Of a stretch of DNA of 64,000 nt, positions 47,588 through 56,062 are shown in pieces. A model generated the notes under the pieces. That model was not told where the DNA came from. It did no database searches and was given only the letters and a program-made list of their open reading frames with translations. Source of the stretch: Syntrophomonadales bacterium (GTDB lineage Bacteria > Bacillota > Syntrophomonadia > Syntrophomonadales > DTU052); assembly GCA_050951725.1 (NCBI GenBank), contig JBMNJO010000001.1, forward strand, positions 924,967-988,966. Reading direction: 5' to 3'. Within the stretch, counting starts at the first letter, position 1, and the number at the start of each line of letters is the position of its first letter. The translations under genes were made by a program, and so were the position numbers.

Positions 47588-48421
47588 CTATGCAGATTGC
47601 TTTTGGCTTTCCACAACAGCAACTGCCTGGCTGATATCATAAACCAGATCCACCAGGTGCGTACAGCCTGATGAATATCCGAGATCTTTGGCAATTTCCT
47701 TCTTGGTCATACCGGTAAGACTCTGGCCCACCAGCTTTGCCAACAGTTCCGAGTTCTCAAAGCAGACCCTGTCTGGGGCCCGCAGATAATTACCCGTGGA
47801 TTCCCTTATGGTGCCATCCGATTCAGCTACGATATTCACCGTCAGTTCATGGAATGAATCAACGAAGTTCGCATTAATCAACATGCGGTTCTCAGAACTG
47901 TTTAGAATGTTGGTGGATTTCATGCGATTATACAACGAGTTGCCGCGAACGGCTCCACCTATGTAGTCCATCCACGGTTGAGCAACGCGATCAAGATTGG
48001 TATAGTAGCGGCAACTGTTTTTAAGGGTTTCATTCCAGTAGTCATCGTACTCTCTCTCTGAAGCATAACCTCTCTCCTGGTAGACAAAGGTTTCGGCTTG
48101 CATAAGACCTCTTGCACACTCAGCTAAGAGTTCACGCGCCAGTCCTCCCCCCTGTTCACCAACCTGCTGTTTCAAAACCGGCCCAATATGCATAAATGCC
48201 TCGATACCCTTTAGCTCGGGCACCTGAAAGCATCCCTTAAGAGTCTTATCGGGCGACCGATATACCTCCCACCAGGCATCCTTTATATTAAAACTTGCTA
48301 CCTCAACCTGCAGCATGCCTGTTGCCTCGACATCAGTAGTCAGGTACACACACTGTGACCATAGTTCGTCATCCCTGCGGAGAACCGTCGTAAAGTAGTT
48401 GGCATGATAGATACACTGCAA
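47588..48421 (-). CDS. hypothetical protein, possibly DUF2889
   Basis: 277 aa with a TTG start. The C-terminal RAPDRVC...GCTHLVDL pattern resembles DUF2889, recalled from memory. Confidence 0.45.
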   Translation of the reverse strand: MQCIYHANYFTTVLRRDDELWSQCVYLTTDVEATGMLQVEVASFNIKDAWWEVYRSPDKTLKGCFQVPELKGIEAFMHIGPVLKQQVGEQGGGLARELLAECARGLMQAETFVYQERGYASEREYDDYWNETLKNSCRYYTNLDRVAQPWMDYIGGAVRGNSLYNRMKSTNILNSSENRMLINANFVDSFHELTVNIVAESDGTIRESTGNYLRAPDRVCFENSELLAKLVGQSLTGMTKKEIAKDLGYSSGCTHLVDLVYDISQAVAVVESQKQSA

Positions 48422-48468
48422 CCAAGAACACCTCCAAGTATTGCTTCGTAGTAAGGACTTGCCTCACG

Positions 48469-48506
48469 CTTTCTTAATCTTTCTTTTTTGGTCTATCTTT
48501 CCCCTT
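48469..48506 (-). promoter_or_regulatory. conserved promoter-proximal motif, copy 1
   Basis: Minus-strand AAGGGGAAAGATAGACCAAAAAAGAAAGATTAAGAAAG, ending 47 nt upstream of the 48421 start. Confidence 0.5.
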
Positions 48507-48565
48507 CATTCGAACACGCATTTTCCCAGTTTAAGTCGACTATATCATACCTTAAGGTGTACGAA

Positions 48566-49891
48566 TTACCTTACGAGGTTCATTTTCTTCGCGGCATATC
48601 TCAGCTCGTCGCGGAAGTCCGGGTGAGCAATAGAAATGATGGACTCAACCCTTGACTTTATGCTCTGGCCTTTAAGTAAAACCGCCCCGTACTCGGTAAC
48701 CACCCAGTGAACCTCGGTGCGAGGTGTCGTCACGAAACTGCCCGGGTATAACTGCGGTACAATTTTGGACTTCCTCTCCCCCTTTTTATTGACAACGACT
48801 GATTCCGTACAGATGAAAGACTTCCCTCCTTTGGACATCCAGGCTCCCTGAACAAAGTCAAGCTGCCCTCCGGTAGATGAATACTGGACTGGTCCGATGG
48901 ACTCTGAAGCACATTGACCGGTAAGATCAACCTGGAGCGTAGCATTAACCGATATCATATTTTCATGCTGCGCTATAACATATGGATTGTTAACCATACC
49001 ACAGCCATGCATCTCAACCAGCGGATTCTCATGCACAAAATCATAGATCTTTTGAGTGCCCTCAACAAAAGCTCCTACCCACTTATGAGGCATGAAGGTC
49101 TTCTTTGTACAGGTAATGACCCCGGCTTCATACAGATCCAAGAATACATCGGAAATGACCTCCGAATGGACCCCAAGTTCCCGTTTATCCATAAGGTATC
49201 GACCAACCGCACCTGGAATCCCCCCGACTCCGAGCTGCAGTGTAGCCCCATCGGGAACCATTTCCGCCACATATTGCCCAATCATTTCCCATTCTTTCTT
49301 CATCGGGGGTGTCGGTTCTTCAACCAGAGGGATGTGGTGTTCTGTTATAACGTCAACCTCCGATATATGAACTTGATTATTGCCGTGGGTCCGGGGCATA
49401 TACCGGTTGACTTCTACAATAAGCAAGCGCCGATGCGGATTGGATTTTGCCATGTCCCAACCAATGTCAACGTTTACCCCGAGGCTAAAAAAGCCATGGC
49501 GGTCCATGGGGGATACCCGCAACAACGCAACCTGCACCGGACGCAATCCTTGAATCGATATTCTTTGCAAATCACCTAATTTCACTGGGGAGTAAGTGAA
49601 ATAACCTTCTTTAATTCTTTCTCTTTCCTCCCAAACAAAAAGGGAATCATATTCAATTTTATCTTTGATCTCAGGATCCATAAGCGACATACCAGCAGCC
49701 AGACTAGCCGCCAGAATTGTTGGTTTATGAAGTTTTCGTTCCTTAACCCGTTTAACAATGGCTTCATACAATCCCACCGGTTGCCCATTGGAAAGTGCCG
49801 TACTGATGACTTCCCCATCACGGATCATTGCTGTCGCATCATCTGGTGTCCTCAGCTTGGCCTGGTACATTTGCTGCCATCGGTTATCCAT
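48566..49891 (-). CDS. acetyl-CoA hydrolase/transferase family protein (4-hydroxybutyrate CoA-transferase-like)
   Basis: 441 aa with typical family length and motifs (LQLGVGGIPGAV, SSTGGQLDF). Confidence 0.75.
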   Translation of the reverse strand: MDNRWQQMYQAKLRTPDDATAMIRDGEVISTALSNGQPVGLYEAIVKRVKERKLHKPTILAASLAAGMSLMDPEIKDKIEYDSLFVWEERERIKEGYFTYSPVKLGDLQRISIQGLRPVQVALLRVSPMDRHGFFSLGVNVDIGWDMAKSNPHRRLLIVEVNRYMPRTHGNNQVHISEVDVITEHHIPLVEEPTPPMKKEWEMIGQYVAEMVPDGATLQLGVGGIPGAVGRYLMDKRELGVHSEVISDVFLDLYEAGVITCTKKTFMPHKWVGAFVEGTQKIYDFVHENPLVEMHGCGMVNNPYVIAQHENMISVNATLQVDLTGQCASESIGPVQYSSTGGQLDFVQGAWMSKGGKSFICTESVVVNKKGERKSKIVPQLYPGSFVTTPRTEVHWVVTEYGAVLLKGQSIKSRVESIISIAHPDFRDELRYAAKKMNLVR

Positions 49892-49937
49892 GCTCTCCCT
49901 CCATCAGCTAAAGTCATTTTATATTTGATTTTCGTAT

Positions 49938-49975
49938 TGTTCTTAATCTTTCTTTTCTGGCCTACAATTCCCCTT
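49938..49975 (-). promoter_or_regulatory. conserved promoter-proximal motif, copy 2
   Basis: Minus-strand AAGGGGAATTGTAGGCCAGAAAAGAAAGATTAAGAACA, ending 46 nt upstream of the 49891 start. It matches copy 1 at 31 of 38 positions. Confidence 0.5.
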
Positions 49976-50315
49976 TATCAGCCCTGAATTGGCCACTTCC
50001 ATGAAGCTCCTTTTTTGATTTTTTACTAAGCGTGTAACGAATCAATGGTTTCCTGGTTCAGAATTAACATCCGGCGAATGTTTTTTCGGTGCAGTCGTTT
50101 AATTCCTTTGCTGTTGTTTCCATTGCTTATTGTATCTTAATGGACATTTCCAATATTGACAATATGATGCAGGATTTTACCGTTTTCCGGAGAATTAACA
50201 ATTATTTAAATATTGCGGACAATCTGCCAGGGGGGCGAAAGGGGATGATTAACTTGTTCTTGCCTGTCTAAGAGCACCAGCCAATTGTCTATTGACGGGA
50301 GGAGGAATCAACAAG

Positions 50316-52268
50316 ATGACACTTAAAGTTGTTCCAAATACTGACTACAGAATTCAGTGGTTGGATTTATGGCACGATTACATCCACACCGTGCCCCAGA
50401 TGTTTTACCATTCGGTTAGGCATCACGGCGATCGTAATGCACATTTATACTGGAAAGATGATCACTGGACGGCTTTGAGCTATCAAGACTTTGCGGTCAT
50501 TGCTGAAGAAATTGCAGCTGGTCTCATCAGCCTGGGAGTAAAAAAGGGGGACAATTTAGTAATCATGTCCCTCACTTGCGCTGAATGGGGCTGGGCCGAT
50601 ATGGGGATAGAGCTGGCCGGAGGCTGCACCACCACGATTTTTCCGAGTCTGGGGAAAGATGACGTTACATATATTATTAACCATTCACAGGTCTCCTACG
50701 TGTTCGCCGGCAATCCGGATATAGCCTCCATGATCAATTCCTTACGTTCTGAACTACCTACCCTTAAAGGCATCATTTGCTTTCACGGACTGCAATCAGG
50801 CGATGGCAAAGACCTGTTTACATTAGATGACATACGAACAGCCGGGAAAGAGTTTCTGACTAATAATACTACAGCACTCAAAGTAAGGATAGCCAGTATT
50901 ACCCCGGATGATGCCGCTACCACTGTCTATACATCCGGCACCACCGGAAAGCTTAAAGCGGTCAGGTTATCTCATGGCGAAGTAACCGGCGGGCTCTGGC
51001 GCTGCCTGAGAAATCAAATGATGGGCAACATCGGTTTTACCACTGAGGATGTATATCTATCGGTTATGCCCATGGCCCATATTATGGAACGTACTTACGG
51101 CATGTTCTGTATTATGGCCGTAGGGGCATGCCTGGCTTGGGGAAGAGGTCCGACCATGGTTATTCAGGATATGCAGGAGATTAAACCAACAATTATGGTT
51201 GTGGTTCCAAGGATGATGGACCGGATCTTGAAAGGACTCCGCCAGGTTTTTGCCGCTACCCCGGAAGGCGCCAACCTCTGGGATTGGGCCATCGATGTCG
51301 CCATGCGAGCCGTTGATGCCCGTATTGACAAAGACGGTACCTTTGATGCGAGTCTCGACTTTTTGGACGAACTGACCGGAGAAATCAGAGAGGAATATAT
51401 TAAAGCTAAAGAAGCAGTTTTTGATAAAGTACACGCTGCTATGGGCGGACGGTTTCGTTGCTTTGCTTCTGGCGGAGCTGCCATTCTTCCTGAACTTCAC
51501 AAACCGTTTCTGGGAATGGGGTTCTTTGTAGCCAACGGCTACGGCCTGACTGAAACCCTTTGTGGTGTAGCAGTTGGACGTGGCACCTCTGTCAAAGTTA
51601 GCTGGAATGCACCGATCGCTCCCGGACTTGAATGGCGACAGGATGATGACGGTGAACTGTTGCTAAGAGGCATTGGAATCATAAAGGAGTATTACAACGA
51701 TCCTGAGTCAAATATGGTTTGTTTTACCGAAGATGGGTTCTTCAGAACCGGTGATATAGTGGAATTTGATGATCATGGTATCATGCGCGTCGTTGACAGA
51801 AAAAAAGAAATCATTGTGATGGACACTGGTAAAAATGTGGCTCCAGCCAAATTAGAGTCCCTAATCATGCAGAACATTCTCATTGATCAAGTGCTTATCA
51901 TTGGTGACGGCAGGAAATATATCACCGCGCTTATCTGTCCGAACTGGGATGAAATCATCAAGCTCTGCGATGCGAAAGGTATATCCTATGCAAAAGACCA
52001 GTTGCGTTATGAAATCGTCAACGGACTGTCTGTCTGCGTAGAAGTGGGACCAGATCTCGCCGGCAATGAATTCGTTAATCAAATTGTCGCCAAAACGGTC
52101 ACATCGGCCAATCAGGAACTGGCAGACTTTGAACAGATAAAGAAATTTAAAATTCCCCGCAGAAAATTCTTACAAAGATTTGGAGAACTTACCCCTACAT
52201 CTAAGACTAAGCGCAGAATTATTTCGACCAATTTCGCAGCTGATATTGAGTCGCTCTATCAAGATTAA
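50316..52268 (+). CDS. long-chain fatty-acid-CoA ligase (AMP-forming)
   Basis: Start moved to the ATG after GGGAGGAGG. It has the AMP-binding motif YTSGTTGKLK and TGDIVEFD. Confidence 0.85.
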   Translation: MTLKVVPNTDYRIQWLDLWHDYIHTVPQMFYHSVRHHGDRNAHLYWKDDHWTALSYQDFAVIAEEIAAGLISLGVKKGDNLVIMSLTCAEWGWADMGIELAGGCTTTIFPSLGKDDVTYIINHSQVSYVFAGNPDIASMINSLRSELPTLKGIICFHGLQSGDGKDLFTLDDIRTAGKEFLTNNTTALKVRIASITPDDAATTVYTSGTTGKLKAVRLSHGEVTGGLWRCLRNQMMGNIGFTTEDVYLSVMPMAHIMERTYGMFCIMAVGACLAWGRGPTMVIQDMQEIKPTIMVVVPRMMDRILKGLRQVFAATPEGANLWDWAIDVAMRAVDARIDKDGTFDASLDFLDELTGEIREEYIKAKEAVFDKVHAAMGGRFRCFASGGAAILPELHKPFLGMGFFVANGYGLTETLCGVAVGRGTSVKVSWNAPIAPGLEWRQDDDGELLLRGIGIIKEYYNDPESNMVCFTEDGFFRTGDIVEFDDHGIMRVVDRKKEIIVMDTGKNVAPAKLESLIMQNILIDQVLIIGDGRKYITALICPNWDEIIKLCDAKGISYAKDQLRYEIVNGLSVCVEVGPDLAGNEFVNQIVAKTVTSANQELADFEQIKKFKIPRRKFLQRFGELTPTSKTKRRIISTNFAADIESLYQD

Positions 52269-52296
52269 TACCGAGCACTACAATCCTTCTGTTATT

Positions 52297-52334
52297 AGGT
52301 CCCCTCCTGCCGCAGGAGGGGACCTGAGTTTTGT
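52297..52334 (+). terminator. intrinsic terminator after the acyl-CoA ligase
   Basis: AGGTCCCCTCCTGCCGCAGGAGGGGACCTGAGTTTTGTG. Confidence 0.75.
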
Positions 52335-52412
52335 GTAAAATGCGCAGTACTATGATCACTATAATGTCTCTCATGATTCTTACCTCGATATGCTTATTAA
52401 TCCGTATTTTTC

Positions 52413-52575
52413 TCAAATTGACCGTATGAAAGATCCGACTACAGCCGCAAAGCGCTCTGGCTGGTCTAAGTGAACGCTGTGGCCAGCATCCCGGATTTGT
52501 TCTGCCTGAAGTCTTGGATTAAGACCTTGCAGCTCTTTGGCAACTTAATTCTACCAAGCAGTTGCGCCCATGTCC
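52413..52575 (-). pseudogene. C-terminal remnant of an alpha/beta hydrolase
   Basis: The minus-strand translation AKELQGLNPRLQAEQIRDAGHSVHLDQPERFAAVVGSFIRSI* matches a typical hydrolase C-terminus (the GH...P motif). It is preceded by an in-frame stop. An LLGRIKLP segment lies in another frame upstream. Confidence 0.5.
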
Positions 52576-52749
52576 TTTTCACATTAGGAGGCGACTCAAA
52601 TTTGCGAAACTTATTGTAACCTTATCCCAATTCTGTGGAGATCTTCGGCTCTCAATCAGGTTTAAGGCTTCAACTGCTCTATCAACGTTCGAATTCATCC
52701 GGATAAGGGTTAGAATATAGATATAAATACCCGGAAAGGATGCGATCTG

Positions 52750-53430
52750 ATGACGGTTAAGATATGTCCGCAGGTATACCAGGTGGGAGGAGATGGTCTG
52801 TCCCACCCACATGATTGCTGTGTTTATCTGGTGGAAGCAGAAAATGATTTGGCCTTGATTGACACCGGAGCAGGCAAGGGGACCGGACGAATACTCAAGA
52901 ATATTGAAAGCTGCGGCTTTTCTCCTGACAATGTTCGCTATATTCTGGTCACCCACGGACATATAGATCATATCGGAGGATTGAAGGAACTGAAGGAAAA
53001 GACCGGCGCTGCAGTTGTAGCCCACAAATTGGAGCTTGATGCTATAGAAAACGGCAATCCCCGTCTAACAGCCGCCGCCTGGTATGGAGTAAAATACAAG
53101 CCGGTTAAGGTTGACCGGGTCATCAAAGAGGATAATGAAACCCTTACAATGGGTAACACGGAATTTGTATTCCTACATACCCCTGGTCACACTCCAGGCA
53201 GCCTGTCTATACTCTGTCAGGGTGGTGGTCTGAATGTGCTGTTCGGTCAGGATATTCACGGCCCTTTTAACAGGGAATGGGGCTCAGATATGAAGGAATG
53301 GCGCAGTTCAATGCAGCGACTGCTCACCCTTAATGCCGACATACTCTGTGAAGGTCATTTTGGGACTTACGAACCGGCTTCGTCTGTACGTCAATATATT
53401 GAGTCTTATTTGCGACAGTATAAAAGATGA
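52750..53430 (+). CDS. MBL-fold metallo-hydrolase
   Basis: 226 aa with THGHIDHIGG and HTPGHTPGS motifs. Confidence 0.85.
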   Translation: MTVKICPQVYQVGGDGLSHPHDCCVYLVEAENDLALIDTGAGKGTGRILKNIESCGFSPDNVRYILVTHGHIDHIGGLKELKEKTGAAVVAHKLELDAIENGNPRLTAAAWYGVKYKPVKVDRVIKEDNETLTMGNTEFVFLHTPGHTPGSLSILCQGGGLNVLFGQDIHGPFNREWGSDMKEWRSSMQRLLTLNADILCEGHFGTYEPASSVRQYIESYLRQYKR

Positions 53431-53732
53431 CATTCTCCATCACTCCAGACAATGCGTATAACGAAGTAGCTACGCGTTGTCGGTAACCCAACTGCGAACA
53501 AGGCCCTGCGCTCACCACAAACGTAGAACCACCAAAAATGGAATTTCGCAAGAAATAAAATAAGCCGCATTTCTGCAGCTTACGTACTATATATCTGCCA
53601 CCCGTTTTGCCACTCACCCGCCACCATGCTAACAAACAAGTGCGGATACTACGGGATTCGTGTGGAATGTGTCTCCCAGTATTTTATTATCCTTTACAAA
53701 TGCCTGAATATTGGCGTTTATCAACCTTAAAT

Positions 53733-53807
53733 TGGTGCGCCCGGCAGGAATCGAACCTGCGCGCCTGGCTCCGGAGGCCAGCGCTCTATCCTCTGAGCTA
53801 CGGGCGC
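53733..53807 (-). tRNA. tRNA-Arg (anticodon CCG), CCA encoded
   Basis: Minus-strand GCGCCCGTAGCTCAGAGGATAGAGCGCTGGCCTCCGGAGCCAGGCGCGCAGGTTCGATTCCTGCCGGGCGCACCA. Cloverleaf with a 7-bp acceptor stem, anticodon loop CTCCGGA, and a GGTTCGATTCC T-arm. Confidence 0.95.
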
Positions 53808-53889
53808 TTACCGAGATATTATATCACCACCGGATGCGAAGGTCAAAGTGTATCGTCATACATGTTGACTAATATGCTTCACCTGTCAT

Positions 53890-54501
53890 CTACCGCTGCC
53901 AGAATCGTTTCTGGACCATTCGCATACCGATATAACCAACAATGCATATTGCAACCAGTAAGGCCAGAGTGGTATAAATATCCTCCGTCGCCACCATTCG
54001 GTTACCCAGGCCGGTATAGATAATGGCCGTTGGTATTTTACCAATTGCTGAGGCAGAAATAAAGATCCAGGCCGAAATACCCGAAATACCTCCGACAAAA
54101 TTAATCAGCGGTGTAGGTACCACCGGAAATATCCGGGCAATAACAATGCCCCAGAAGCCCAGAAATGGAGTTACCTCCCTCAGGTCATGTTTAAACCAAC
54201 GTTTTAACCGGATATGCAACCATTCCCACCCGGTAAGACGAACCATGTAGAAGGCAAAACAGGCTCCGGCCAGTGCCCCCGACCAGGAAAGGAAGAACCC
54301 TTCCCAAAAGCCGAATATGATTCCGGCGGCACCCGCCAAAATAAAATAAGGGAAAACCGGCAACGCTGCCTGTATTGCAAAGAGGATAAAGGCCACCAGA
54401 GGTGCCAGTAATCCATACCCTCTTAAATAATCGACTGCTGCATGCACATTGGTAAAGTCCACTATTTTGTTGTCATCTCCGCTAAAAGAGTGTTCAGCCA
54501 T
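53890..54501 (-). CDS. TVP38/TMEM64 (DedA-related) membrane protein
   Basis: 203 aa, polytopic, with RIFPVVPTPLINFVGGISGI typical of the family. Confidence 0.7.
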   Translation of the reverse strand: MAEHSFSGDDNKIVDFTNVHAAVDYLRGYGLLAPLVAFILFAIQAALPVFPYFILAGAAGIIFGFWEGFFLSWSGALAGACFAFYMVRLTGWEWLHIRLKRWFKHDLREVTPFLGFWGIVIARIFPVVPTPLINFVGGISGISAWIFISASAIGKIPTAIIYTGLGNRMVATEDIYTTLALLVAICIVGYIGMRMVQKRFWQR

Positions 54502-55232
54502 TGCAGGGTAATCTGCTCCCGCAACGGCTGATGCTCGGTAAACCGGTGATCAGCCCCCGGTACGATATGAACCTCTACCGCACCCACGGCCTGCTCTCCT
54601 AAAAACCTGGCGTTTTTGGGATCAACATCAGTGTCGTTTTCCCCGTGGACCACCAGCAGTGGGCGGTCTTTCAGGGCTTGCAGGTATTTAACAAAATCAT
54701 GCTGTAACAGGTCCTTAGCAAAACCAGGCCCTAGTGTAAAGGTACCTTTGTCATCTTCAAAAACCATAGGACTCGTGGGCAATACCAGTCCATGCGAGGC
54801 AGACTGCAAGAACGTCTCCGTTAGAAATACCGGTGCCGACCACAGTACCACAGCTCGAACCCGCGGTTCCCGGGCACTGGCTACCAGTGCTGTGCTGCCG
54901 CCAAAGCTCCTTCCTAACACAATCAAGGGACTCTTATCACGTTCCAATGAGTGCTCAATCACTGCCTGCAGGTCGTAGGCCTGGCGTGACAGGGTCATAT
55001 CGGAAAAGCTGCCCTCACTTTCCCCACTACCGGCAAAATCAAAAGCCAGAATGCTCCCTCCCATGGCAGTTACCTTTCGGGCAAAGCTCTCAATCCGTCC
55101 TGAGTTCTCTTTGGCTCCCCGGAAGCCATGGGCCACCACCATTTGAAACCGGGGTTGACTGGCTGGAAGAAACAGCAGACAGGCCAGCCTGCAGCCCTCC
55201 TGATTGGGGATTAAGTATTTGTCATAGAACAT
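54462..55232 (-). CDS. alpha/beta hydrolase
   Basis: 256 aa with HGFRG, nucleophile elbow GRSFGG, and C-terminal GADH. Confidence 0.8.
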   Translation of the reverse strand: MFYDKYLIPNQEGCRLACLLFLPASQPRFQMVVAHGFRGAKENSGRIESFARKVTAMGGSILAFDFAGSGESEGSFSDMTLSRQAYDLQAVIEHSLERDKSPLIVLGRSFGGSTALVASAREPRVRAVVLWSAPVFLTETFLQSASHGLVLPTSPMVFEDDKGTFTLGPGFAKDLLQHDFVKYLQALKDRPLLVVHGENDTDVDPKNARFLGEQAVGAVEVHIVPGADHRFTEHQPLREQITLQWLNTLLAEMTTK

Positions 55233-55243
55233 TTGACCGACTC

Positions 55244-55429
55244 CTACATGGGTTTTTTCGGCTTCATCTGGTTATCTGATTCGTACCTCACCCGATGACT
55301 GCAGATATCACACACATAGATCATTTTGCCGCGTTCGTCCTCTTCTGCTTCCTCAAGCCTCCGATAATCCTTGTGATCCCGAGGAACCTCCGCCTTCTTA
55401 CCACATAACGCGCATCTTGCAACAACCAC
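55244..55429 (-). CDS. YlaI/DUF2197-like zinc-ribbon protein
   Basis: Start moved to the GTG after AAGGGGAGGAG. 61 aa with CALCGK...CDICSHR. Confidence 0.6.
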   Translation of the reverse strand: MVVARCALCGKKAEVPRDHKDYRRLEEAEEDERGKMIYVCDICSHRVRYESDNQMKPKKPM

Positions 55430-55751
55430 AATTACTCCTCCCCTTAATTGTTTTCCATTAGACCATTGCCGGCCTAACCTCAACCAGTACGGCTGGCAAG
55501 AGTATCCGGTCGGATAACTAAACAACTCCAATAAATGCAGATCTGTCTGCGTCCAACTCTATCATCTACGTATGCGCCTGCATTTATGGTTACGTCCTGT
55601 GGCTGCTATTACTACCTTGTGTCTGCAGACAACTGACCTATATGCCTTACCTCCCAATGGGTGACCAGTATCGACCAGTCAATGTACTGTAGTTCCATAA
55701 TAAACCTGATCTCATAGTCACGGGTGAAGCGGAACAGGGTAAGTCACATCG

Positions 55752-56060
55752 CTATTCCTCAGTAATCTTTTTTATAAATGTAACCTGGGCGTAATTAAAG
55801 ATGGCGGTTACGTTTCCATCCGCATCATAAAGATTGGTGGTTGTCTGACCGCCAATGAATACAGTTGTATCCTCCCCCAATCTCAGACCTCTCATATAAC
55901 CCTGCAGCTTGTTCCCGTCCCGGAACGAAATTTCGACCTTGACTAACGGAGGCAATTCCTGGTTATCTCCAATCTCTGGCAACTTCCAGTCGGTGCATCC
56001 TCCTACAAACAGGCATATCAAAATTATCCCTGCAACAAGGAATACGAGCTTTTTTTTCAA
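55752..56060 (-). CDS. small lipoprotein, unknown function
   Basis: 102 aa with a signal peptide and lipobox (LFVGGC). Confidence 0.6.
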   Translation of the reverse strand: MKKKLVFLVAGIILICLFVGGCTDWKLPEIGDNQELPPLVKVEISFRDGNKLQGYMRGLRLGEDTTVFIGGQTTTNLYDADGNVTAIFNYAQVTFIKKITEE

Positions 56061-56062
56061 GT

